A stretch of 64,000 bases of DNA from assembly GCA_002104945.1 (NCBI GenBank), contig MCFH01000010.1, forward strand, positions 62,001-126,000, in the 5' to 3' direction. Positions within the stretch are counted from its first letter, which is position 1. Every line of letters starts with the position of its first letter. Below the pieces are notes generated by a model, which ran no database searches, was not told the origin of the DNA, and worked only from the letters and a program-made list of their open reading frames with translations. The position numbers and the translations under genes were made by a program. Positions 26,637 through 38,461 of the stretch are shown here, piece after piece. The DNA is from Piromyces finnis finn. Its lineage: Eukaryota; Fungi; Neocallimastigomycota.

Positions 26637-27651
26637 TTTATTTTATTAAAATATTTAATTGAATAAAATTATTAAATTACTGCGTAATACCAACTTTATA
26701 AATTTCAAATTATTTTGGTTTGTTTTTTTTTTTTTTTTTTAAAGTTAAACTTTATTATTTATATTTTCGGAATTCAATTTATAAACCATAATTATTATGA
26801 TAAAAAGTAAAAAGATTTTTTTATTCAATATAACTTTATACATATTAAATAATTAAAGATATATAATTTACATTTAATAATAGAGCTTCTTCTTTAATTG
26901 TTTAATGGTAAGCATTATTGATTATTAAAAAATATACTTAAAACAAATTTTAAAAAGTTATTTCTTAATAAAATGATATATTCATATACAAAGAAAGGTA
27001 GTACAATGAGATTTTTTAAAATGTCTAATTCATTTAATTAATTATCATTTACCACTTTCCATAAATGGGAATTTAATAAAATTATTTTATTTTTTTAAGA
27101 AATTTTTATTTGAGATAGTTTTTTTTCAACAAGTAATATTTAGTTGCTTTTTTTTGTTATTTATTTATTTGTTTATACTAATAATAAAAACATTTTTTAA
27201 CAATAATATTTTTTAAAAATACTAATAATGATATTATTTAAAATAAATTTTCAATATAATAATATAAAAACATTAAATAAATAAAGAAGTTATTGTTATT
27301 TTTAAATATTAATTTTTATTATTATAAAAAAAAATAATGATTGATAATAATTGAAAATAATTGTTTTTTACCAAAATTTCAATTTTGTAGTATATTTATG
27401 TAAACTATACATATATTTATGTATATGTGTGGCTTAAGGATTTTAAACCAATAATATTTGAAAAATAATGTACTATAGATTTAGAATATACATATATTAT
27501 ATACATAAACTATTGGTTGATCTTTTAATGTTTTATACAATATTAAATAGTAAAATATTATACAATAATACAATATAATTAGAAAAAAAAAAATTATTTA
27601 CATATTTTTTTACTTTAACAATTCATTTTAAATAATATAATATTAATAAAA

Positions 27652-28323
27652 ATGACTTCAAATATTCCAGGTCGTCCAAAGCAAATTAACGATATTATCG
27701 AAACTGTTGAACGTTACGATACTGAAAAGATTCCATTACTTCATGAATATATTGATGAACAACTTGCCAATAAAGTTCAATATGATTCAGCTGCAAATTT
27801 AGCTGTTTTAAAATTATATCAATTCAACCCAGATCAAATCAATTTTAAATACATTTCATCTATTTTAACCAAAGCTTTAACTGCATTACCAGATCCAGAT
27901 TTTAATTTATGTTTAGCTTTATTAAATCTTGACATTTGTAATGATCCAACTGTTTCAAAACTTTACGAACTTCAAAAGGCTCTTGAACAATGTCGTTTTA
28001 ATGATTTCTGGACTTTATTAGAAAATGAAGAAACTAAAAAGATAGTAGAATGTTGTGTTGGATTCGAAGATTCCATCAGAGGTTTTATTTCACTTACTAT
28101 TGAAAACACATTCGTTACTATTTCAAAAGAAGAAATCAGTTCATACTTAAATCTTAACGGTAATGATTTAGATGAATATGCTAAAAGTAGAAACTGGGTA
28201 TTAAATGATAATGTTTTCGCTTTACCAGTTGTTAAGGAAAATGAAGATAAACCAAAGATTGTTAAAGAAAATGTTAAGTTTGAACAATTAACTCAAATTA
28301 TTGGTTATGCTAATGAAATTTAA
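27652..28323 (+). CDS. EIF3K: Translation initiation factor eIF3 subunit K (intronless)
   Basis: RPKQINDIIETVERYDTEKIPLLHEYIDEQ...YDSAANLAVLKLYQFNP...LTKALTALPDPDFNLC is the eIF3k signature. Confidence 0.93.
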   Translation: MTSNIPGRPKQINDIIETVERYDTEKIPLLHEYIDEQLANKVQYDSAANLAVLKLYQFNPDQINFKYISSILTKALTALPDPDFNLCLALLNLDICNDPTVSKLYELQKALEQCRFNDFWTLLENEETKKIVECCVGFEDSIRGFISLTIENTFVTISKEEISSYLNLNGNDLDEYAKSRNWVLNDNVFALPVVKENEDKPKIVKENVKFEQLTQIIGYANEI

Positions 28324-29007
28324 ATGGTTTAAATGTAGAGAAAGAATAATTGTAATTTATTTTTAATTTATACAATTATAAGTAATCTTGTAATGGATGG
28401 TCTTGTAATTTTTTTTTCTTTTTCTTTTTAAATAATAGATTTTTTTTAAAAAAAAAAATATGATATTTATAAATAAATTTATAATAAAATGTTAATAAAA
28501 GCTAATTAAATAAATAAATAAAAATATATATAAAAGAATATGTTTTAGAAAAAGTATTTATTTTATTTAATTATTATTTAGAATTATATTAATATTAATA
28601 TGAAATTAAATAAAATGAATTGGGTAAATTGATATAAATATAAATAAGATATTAAAGTATTCAATTTAATTTCAAAATAATATTGTTTTATTGTGTAGAA
28701 AACTTTTTTTTTTTTTTTTATTTTTTAACACTATTACTTTATTAAAATTATTAATTATATTTAATAATTTTGTGTTAAAAATTTAACCCTATGAAGATTT
28801 TAATACCATAATAATATATGAATATAATAAAAAATAAATATTTTTTAAACAAAATAATAAAATAAAGTAAAATAAAAATATACTTGTTAACTTCAATAAT
28901 AATAAAAAATATAAAAAATAAAATAATTAGAATTATTAAAATAATTTAAATAAAATTAAAGTAAAATAGAATAATATAATAAATTTTATAAATAAAAAAT
29001 AAATAAT

Positions 29008-29543
29008 ATGGGTAGTGCAATTGAAAATAAGAAAAATATTAAAGATTTACCAAAGTATAAAAAACCAGTAAGAAACTTACCTGTAAGATTACCAAAACAA
29101 AACAGAATTCCAAAGTAAAAATAAAGAAAGAAAAAAAAACTTAATATATTAATAATAAAAATAATAATAATAATAATTAAGATCTCATATTGATTATAAT
29201 AAAAATAATATGAATGTATTATTTGTTTTTCAATTTTTGAAATATATAGAAATGTTCTCTATAAATTGATATTTTTCACAATCTTAATGTTCACCCTTCC
29301 TTTCATAACTTATTTCTTTACAATTGATCGTTTTTTTACTGGTAAGTTTTTTTAAAAATTAACTCTAAAAGTCTATTGTTTTAAATTCTAATTTTATTTT
29401 TTGATTTTGTAGGTAATACTACATACGCCGCTTTAGCCGCTGCATTTACAGCAAACTTAATTGTTGCTGCTTATGTTGTTGTAGCCATTATTGAAGACAA
29501 GGATGATGATGAAAATATTAATTCAAATAAAAAAACAAATTAA
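29008..29543 (+). CDS. VMA21: V-ATPase assembly factor Vma21
   Basis: Exons 29008-29114, 29250-29341 and 29413-29543 give VLYKLIFFTILMFTLPFITYF...TTYAALAAAFTANLIVAAYVVVAIIED...KKTN*: two TM helices and a C-terminal KKxx ER-retrieval motif. Absent from the ORF track. Confidence 0.9.
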
Positions 29544-30210
29544 TTATTTAATTTTAGAAATTTTAAACTTTAAAGCAATCATTAATTAAAGATACTAATA
29601 ATTTTTCTGTTATTAACGTTTTAATATTATATCTTTAATTAAAAATAAAGAAAAAATAAAATCAATATTAAATGAATTAATGAAAAAGAAAACATTCAAA
29701 AAAAATTAAAATTCAGTATCAAAATAAAATAAATTCAATAAAGCAGCAATAATTTATATTATTATAAAATCAAATAAATAAAAATATAAGTAAGAAAATT
29801 ATTGTTTTAATTTAAATTAATGATTATTTTACATTTTTAAAATATACATTAAAATTTTATAATTATTGTATGATAGTAGATATTAAAATATTTATTTATT
29901 TTATATATATATATATAATTTCTTTCTTTTTTTTTTTTTTTTTTTTTTGCTTGTTTGTTTGCTTGCTTGTTTGTTTGTTATATATATATTCTTCTTCCCA
30001 ACTTTTATATTTGATTTATTACAATTATTAATTTCATTTAATGAAAAAAATTATAATTTCTAGTGTTAATTATTAATTTAAATGAATATTTATATTTTCA
30101 TAAAACTTTGTTGAAACATTCATTTAATTCTAAATTTTATTTTTTTGATATAATAAATGAATACTTTTTTTAATATAAATTATAATTAAAAATTTTGATG
30201 GTATTGTGAT

Positions 30211-30636
30211 TTATTCTTCTTCTTCTTCTTCCTTATCTCCTAAGGATTTACGCCATTCTCTTTCCTTTTCAATTCTTTCATATGCTCTAAAAACTTTACT
30301 TTGTAAATAAAAACTACCACCAATCTTTTTATCATTGGCATCAAAAAGAATCTTGAAACGTTCTTTAACAAGTTCTGGACTAGGTAAATTCTTTAAAGTA
30401 ATAACTTCAGCTTCTGGTTTTGGTATATTTAAAATAAGGAAAGATTCATTCAATGATATTTTAAGTTTACGTGTAATATGGGAATTATCACCTAAAGGTT
30501 GATGGAAAAGTGAAGTACCAGTATTACTTGAAGAAGCTGCTAAGGCTAAAGCTTTGTATGCATCATGGAATGCATTTTGAGTAATAACAATTGAACTGTG
30601 ACAAAGATGAGATAAAGCTTTAATTCCTTCGAACAT
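30211..30636 (-). CDS. PAM16: Import motor J-like protein Pam16/Tim16
   Basis: [12 protein letters not shown]...[31 protein letters not shown] matches Pam16 ITLDESCKILNI...[30 protein letters not shown]. Confidence 0.92.
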   Translation of the reverse strand: [141 protein letters not shown]

Positions 30637-30971
30637 TATACTTTATTAAATAATATAAATTAAAATATTTTAGTTATTATTATATCAACACTTAAAAACG
30701 ATTATTATAATTTATATTGAAACTATGAAATTATTATTCCTTAATATAAGAACAAAACAATTTTAAACAACTTATTCATTTCATTTCAATATTTTATATT
30801 TACTTTAATAATTCTACAATTTTATTATATTGTACAAGAAAATATATCTTAAAAAAATTTTTTTAATAAAAAAAAATAATTTCACAAAATTTTACATGAT
30901 TCGATTGGAGTAAATTTGAAATCGATATTTTATACATTTTTCATATAATGATTATTTTAAAAAATTATAAA

Positions 30972-30974
30972 TAT

Positions 30975-31005
<31 letters not shown>

Positions 31006-31102
31006 TTCATTTATTCATTTATTTATTTCTTTATTTATTTATTTCTTTATTTATTCATTTATTTACTCATTTATTTATTTATTTATTTATTCATTTATTC
31101 AT

Positions 31103-31193
<91 letters not shown>

Positions 31194-31239
31194 TTCATTT
31201 ATTCATTTATTCATTTATTTATTCATTTATTTATTTATT
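30972..31239. repeat. (TTTA)n microsatellite with TTCA variants, about 270 bp
   Basis: Directly visible. It explains the spurious ORF 30948-31241. Confidence 0.95.
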
Positions 31240-31382
31240 AATTTTTACATAAATTATGTATAATTTAACATATTTTTAATTTACATTTTAATAGATTAAA
31301 CAAAACCTATCTTGTTTAATAATGATTTTTCTTATTAATAATTTATAACTCTGTTAAATTCTTATAATCAATTATAGTTATA

Positions 31383-32170
31383 TTAATATTCATGTTCATG
31401 AGGATTTTGAATTACAATTAGAATATATCCCCTAGCTAAAAAAAAAATTATTATTTGTATGTTAAAATTAGTATATAATATCACTAAAATTAGAACTTTT
31501 TATTTAACTTACTATCTGCAACCATTATCTACAGTAATAATTAAAACAATATACAAAATATAAAAATATATTTCAATAAACAAATTATTTAATTATATTT
31601 TTTTATTATATAATATTTACTTCATGCTTCTTTGAACGTAGTCTCAAGAAGGTTAAATTATCCTACATAATGAATAATAAATATATATATATATATTTAG
31701 TTAAAGAATATTATAAATATAATAAATAAAAATAGAAAAATAGAAAAAACCTCCGGATCAATATCTCTAACAACATTTTGGGCTTTCTCAGTTAATTGTG
31801 TAATTAGTGTAGAATATTGTTGTGTTTGAATATTATCAAGTGTTGACTTTACCACTGAACCTTCATGGTTTACAATTACAATACCTATACATGACATTAT
31901 TTATTATTAGTAGTAATAAGTAATCGAACTTTTCTAATTATTATATCGATATATAAAAATTGATATATTCACCTTGAACACCTTTATGTGCTTGTATTCT
32001 ATTTAAAGTTTCTTCAACTTCATTTAGGTCTTTTAGGGAATTTGCAATATCTTTTGACTTTATTTTAAAACATTATATGATAAAAAAAAAAGAAAAAAAG
32101 AAAAAAAGACATTAATATTAATATATATTAATGAATCAATGTTATTATTTATTAAATAATAATTAACCAT
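31383..32170 (-). CDS. DYNLRB: Dynein light chain roadblock/LC7
   Basis: ATG-only first exon (32170-32168), then EVEETLNRIQAHKGVQ|GIVIVNHEGSVVKSTLD...VRDIDPE|DNLTFLRLRSKKHE...GYILIVIQNP, the canonical roadblock sequence. Confidence 0.93.
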
Positions 32171-32446
32171 TATTAAATTTAATATTATATTTTTTTCAAA
32201 TATGAAGGGAGGAACGTTTAAAAATAAAAATAAAAATAAAAAAAAAATTGAATAATTGTTTATAATAAAATTGTTTTATTAAATTTAATAAACAAACTCA
32301 AGAATTTTTCAAATATACAATCATGTGTAAATTATTAAAAAAGTTATAGAATTATGTTTAATACTAATAAATAAATTTGAAATTTATTTTTATATTTCTA
32401 CATATAATATTTAAATAAATTAAATTAGTTAATATATTATATATAC

Positions 32447-32486
<40 letters not shown>

Positions 32487-32531
32487 GCTTCGCACTTAAA
32501 AGTTTTGTGAACTTAACAGAAAGTTTTCAAA

Positions 32532-35500
32532 ATGGAAAAGAACTACACAGTTGATTTAGACAAATATGGGTAAATAAATATATATAATATATACTATATA
32601 AAATAATACCTTATTGGAATCATTACTAAATAAGTAATTTTTTAAATAGAGAATATCCAAGAGATGATAAGGAATCTTTTATTAAAGAATTGAATGATAT
32701 TGTAAGAAATCAAATTTCAGATTTTGAAATATAATTAATATGGGTTAATAATAATAACAACAATTAATTATTAATGTAAAAATTAATAATTATTTCCATT
32801 TTATAAAATTTGTAAATAATAGGAGGAAAAGGATGTTGTATTAGTCTTTTTCGGAACTCAAACTGGAACTGCTGAAGAATTTGCAACAACTTTTTCACAA
32901 GAAATTAATGAAAAATTACATATACAATCATTATTATATGACATTGAAGAATATGATATGTCTGAACTTTTAGAATTACCTTTATACTGTAAAGAAAAAG
33001 GAAAAAACGTTGTAGTCAGTTTCTTTATGTCAACTTATGGTGAAGGTGAACCAACAGATAATGCAATTGATTTCTGGGAATGGCTTCAAAATTGTGTTGA
33101 AAATGATGTAAATGAAGATAAACCATTAAAGGATTTAAATTATCTTTTATTTGGTTTAGGTAATATTATAATGATATAATTATATTTATTACTATATTGA
33201 ATATAATTTTTTTTAAATAAAAAAAAACTAATTCATATAAATATAAAGGTAATAAAACATATGAAATGTATGATTTTGTTGGAAGAGAATTAAATAGAAT
33301 CTTCAAAAATTGGGGTGGTGCAAGCATTATCGGTGAATTTGGAGAAGGAGATGATAATGAAGAGTAAATATTAACTACTTATATTTAAATAGAGTTATTA
33401 TTTATGTAATAGTATTAATAAAAAAATATAAATATCATAATTTTAGTACTGAAGGTGATTTTCAAGAATGGAAAGAAAAAACATATCCATGTTTACTTAA
33501 ATATTTCCAATCAAATACTAACGTTGTAGAAGATGAAAAAAATTTATTTGTTCCTTCCTTTAATATTAAATATCTTGATAGTTCTAATGATAAAGATGTA
33601 TTCATTGGTGAATTAAGTCATAATGGACCAAGACGATGGGGATACAAAGATAATGCTATATTTGAATTAAACAAGTATGAATTAAATTATTTAAACCGTA
33701 ATACTATACTAATTAATAATAAAATTCAAAGAAGGATATATGAGTTATTTTTACATTTAAATAATTCATTTTCGAAAACTAAAACAAATTATATTCATGA
33801 ATATAATAATTTTAAAACTAAAACTAAATCTAGTAGTCCAAACAAACAAGAATATGATGCCAAACATCCATTTTATGCCAAGGTTAGCCAAAGTAAGCAA
33901 CTCTTCCAAGACTGCTATGATTCATATAATATTTCTAGTAACGTAAAGGATAGCAAGCTTTATGATCATGATACTTTAGATGCAAAAAATATTTGTAAAA
34001 TAGAAAATAACAAAATTACTATTAAAAGAGAATGTCTTCATTTAGATATTGATATTTCTAATAGTAATATAACCTATAATGCTGGTGATCATGTTGCTAT
34101 TTATGCAAGAAATAATGAGTTTATAGTAAGTATTTTTGTTTTATCAAAAATTTATTAAAATATTTTATATAAAGTATAGTTACTGTTAAAATCAAAATTA
34201 GTATATATATGATTAAAATTAATTTATCATATTTTTTTTTATTTTCTCTCATATAAAATAGGTTAATGAACTTTTAAGTTTATTAGGCATTTCTGACAAG
34301 GCTGACTCCATTATTACTCTTGAAAAGAATCCAAAGTCTAAAAGTCATATTGCAGCCAATATTTCAATGCCATGTACAATCAGAACAGCTTTAACATATT
34401 ATTTAGATATCAATGCTAACTTAAAAATTAGACAATTTGAAGTAATAATCATAAAAGTTTTATATATATGTATACATATAGTATAAAAGTATCATAAATA
34501 TAATAGTATTAATGATTTTTAAATTTTAGATAATATCTAATTATACTGAAAACCTAGAAGAACAAAAATATTATAATAATATAATTGAAGATTTTAAAAA
34601 CAATAGTGCTAATATGGAAAAATATCAAAAGACATTACCTCAATTACTTAAGGAATGTCCTGAAACTAAGGTATATATAAAATGCATATATATATACTTG
34701 GTTTTAATTATAAATAAAAGAATACTAACATTTCATTTTATTTTAAATAAAGATTCCAATTGAGGTTGTATTAGGTGACCTTCTTCCAAGAATTATGCCA
34801 CGTTATTACAGTATTTCTTCAAGTCCAAAAACTAATCCAAATACATTAAGCATTACAGCTATTCTTGTCAGATATCCACATTTCACAACTTCTTCATCCG
34901 ATTTACAATTAAATAAGATGGTTTATAAGGAAGGTTTATGTACAGGATATTTAAATACTATTTATAAAAGTTTACAAAATGAAGGTGCAATTGAACAAAT
35001 GATTAATGAATTAAATTATGAAGTAACTAATTTACACCCACCAAAGTTAATGCTTCCTATTTCAATTAGAGAAAGTTCATTTAAACTTCCAAGAGATACA
35101 ACCTTACCAATAATAATGATAGGTCCTGGTACAGGTATTGCACCATTCCGTGGTTTCATTCAGGAACGTATGTGGGAAATAAGACAAAATAAAACTGTAG
35201 GAAAAACTATTTTATTCTTTGGTTGTCGTAACCGTAATCAAGATTACTTATACCGTGAAGAACTTGAGAGTTTGTGTAATGAACTTGAAGAAAGAAAGAA
35301 TCAAAATAAGAAATCATTTGAATTACAAATCATTAATGCTTTTTCAAGAGAAACCGTAAGTATTTTTTTTTTATTTTATTCAAACTAGTATATCTAGTAT
35401 ATAATTAATTCATATTAATGTTTTGAAATTATATAATTTATATGTATAGAACAAAAAAGTTTATGTTCAACATCGTTTAGCAGAACATGGAGAAATGATT

Positions 35501-35784
35501 TGGGAATTAATTAGAGAGAAACGTGCTCATATATATATTTGCGGGTAAGTTATTAAATATTAGGATTGCCACAAATATTATTATTATTCATATTTTTATT
35601 AATATATTTTTTTATTTTTTATTATATATACACTCAATATAGTGATGCAAATAATATGGCTAAAGATGTTCAAGCTTGTATTGAAAATATCGCCAAAACC
35701 GTTGGCGGTATGGGTGATAACCAAGTCAATATATTAATTAAGGACCTTAAATTAAAGGGACGTTTCCATGAAGATGTATGGTAG
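32532..35784 (+). CDS. NCP1: NADPH-cytochrome P450 reductase (diflavin FMN/FAD), lacking the N-terminal membrane anchor
   Basis: FMN motifs FGTQTGTAEEFA, STYGEGEPTDNA and LFGLGNKTYE; FAD motif PRYYSISSS; NADPH motifs MIGPGTGIAPFRGF, LFFGCR, AFSRE, KVYVQH and YICGDA; C-terminus GRFHEDVW*. Confidence 0.92.
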
Positions 35785-36230
35785 ATTAATAAGTTTTTAA
35801 ATCCAAAAAAGGAAAAAAAAATATTAAATGATTTATGTTATTATGAACTTTTTAATTTTTATTATTATTTTATTATCCTTTTATTTAATAATAAGTTAAT
35901 TTAAAACTAGTATGAATAAAATCTATCGTGATAAATTTAATAAAAATTTTATACATATATATAAATTTAAAAAAAAAAAAAAAAAAAAAATAAAAGAAAA
36001 AGAAAAAAAGAGCAAAAATAAAAAAAAAATGTTTATTGTATTAAAATATATTTAAAAAAAAATCTAAAATAATCATAGAAATTTTATGGATAGTAATTAA
36101 TCGATTTGATAAGAATCAAGCATATATTAACATTTAATATAATTGTAAAAAAAAATAAATAAATAAAAGTTTCTAAAACATTTATACATCATCTACAAAT
36201 ATTTTTTTTTTTTAAAAAAAAAAAAAATGT

Positions 36231-37215
36231 TCATTTTCTTTGTTTATGATTGATTGTTGTAATAGTTATTTGCCTTGTCCCATTAACTAATTCACTTCTA
36301 CTAAATATATTTTTAGAACATATATATTCATCATTTTCTTCATCATAATATTTTGGTGTATAGCATTGACCATCTTCATTTATGCAAAATCCATCTAAAT
36401 TATTATCATGATTCAAACATACACATCCACATTCCCATATTCCATTTCCACATCCACCTTCTGGCATTTGTTTATCACATTCAGATTCATTTGAATATAA
36501 TGGATAAGGATTTGGCTCTCTTGGAGATGGAGACTGGAATGGACATTTATTGCATGTTGAAAAATGCTATATATTGAATATTTGTATATATTATTTTTTA
36601 TATATTTGTTTTAGTATTATAAATTTTACAAATATATTAGTTTGTTTATTATACTTGATATATTTTATTTATTCAAAATTAAAATTATATATACCGTAGA
36701 AGAATATTTGCAGTTATTTGGATTAGAACATGGAACTTGTTTTTTAAAATTTGATTCTGTTAAATTAAATTTAATATTTGAAATTTTTGATTCATTTAAT
36801 AAATTAATTTGATCAATATCAATTGGATTTTTCATCCATTTTACCAGTTGATCATAAGTTATAAAATAAATATCATTATTAATTTCAGAAAGTTCGCTAA
36901 TGTAATTGCTTATTTCTTTATAAAAATGTAAAAATGACTTTTGTGAAATAATTGAATTATCTGTGAAATATAAATAAAATGGTAATTTTTTATTTTTGTA
37001 ATTTTTCAAAAATTCCTTTTTGATAATATTTATATTATTTTCAGATGATAATAACCCTTTATTTTTTGTTCCTATTTAAATAATTAATAATTAATATAAC
37101 AATAACAATTAAATTAAGAATATCACTAAAATAAGATTTAAACTTTATAATAAAATTTATACCTTGACTTCTTTTATACTGAGCATTAGGAATACTTAAT
37201 CTGAAAAAAGAAATA

Positions 37216-37279
<64 letters not shown>

Positions 37280-38461
37280 TCAAATTTTAATACTTACAAT
37301 GGTATTTCCCATAATCCTGGAAAAGATTCTCCTTTAATATCTGTATTATTTATAAATGAAATTCCATAATCCAATGCTATTAAATATTATATAAAAAATT
37401 TATAAATAATTTTATTTTAATAATTTTTTTAAAACTAATCTATATTAAATCAAAAAGATAAAATATTTTAATATTTACTAAAAGGCCAATATCCTTTATC
37501 TAATGGTAATTCAAGTGATGAATCATATGAAATATTTAAATCTAATAGATTTGTAAAAATATTTTTATGTATTAAATTTTGTGGAGATCTGAATCCTTTT
37601 AATTCATCCATTGGAATATTCGAAAGATTATTTAAGGCAGATTTCAGAGATTGTATATCACGAGGAACATCACCATTCAAATATGTATCATAAGTATGAA
37701 TAGATATTTCATCATTATCATAATATAATTTTTCAACATAATAATAATCAGTTTCATCACCAGTAATAAAATAGGTAAATGGAATATCATATAATTTCTT
37801 TTTCATCATATTTCTAATCTTTTATATATAATAAATCAATAATTTAACATAAAAAATATGAAAAATAAAAGAAATAATTATTTGATTTTACTATAAAATA
37901 TATACTTTATTTCTTATTGAGTAGGTATTTTTTGTTATAGATCCATCAAAACTAATCAATACAAATTGTGGTAATTTATCATAAGGAATAAGTTTTGGTG
38001 TTTCTTTTGTAGCACATTGACATGATGGTAACAAACATGATTCTTTTTCACACTCAACAATTTGTTCTACATAAAAAATTTAATTTAGTCAATATAACAT
38101 TTATATAAAAAATATATGTATGAATATAACAGTTATACCAATAATATCTCTTTTAGAGTATTTTTTATTTCTTGAAATGCTTCTTTTTTCCCTGTAAGAT
38201 AACTCAATGTAAGGGTTGTCATTATTTACTAGAACATCTCCAAAAATATTTACCAAAAACACTTTATATAAAATTAGTATTTTTTATTAAAAATAATAAA
38301 ATAGAAGACATAGATATTATTTATTTACATAATCCTAATGTAATAATTATTGTTATATGAGCCCATGACCATTCTAATGAATCATAATTATATAATTGAT
38401 ATTTAGGAGATTCATTTTCATATTTATTCCTCTTATCCGAGGTCTTAGTCAGTTTATGCAT
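36231..38461 (-). CDS. CE4 chitin-deacetylase-like protein (insect-CDA-type barrel) with an N-terminal TM helix and a Cys-rich C-terminus; catalytic motifs degenerate
   Basis: CEKESCLLPSCQCA..LPQFVLISFDG, FTYFITGDETDY..EISIHT, GFRSP, YDSS, YWPF, FPGLWEIP and DIYFITYDQLVKWMKNP follow the CDA-like barrel motif order. Confidence 0.8.
37217..37279. repeat. (ATT)n microsatellite inside an intron of the CE4-like gene
   Basis: About 21 consecutive ATT units. Confidence 0.95.

Noticed and set aside
30948-31241. 97-aa ORF (FIYL repeats)
   Set aside because: It is the translation of the (TTTA)n microsatellite.
32532-35784. NDOR1/Tah18 or methionine synthase reductase, which are naturally anchor-less
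   Set aside because: The FMN-loop and C-terminal motifs (TYGEGEPTDNA, GLGNKTYE, EDVW) are CPR-type. Phylogeny is still needed to close this.
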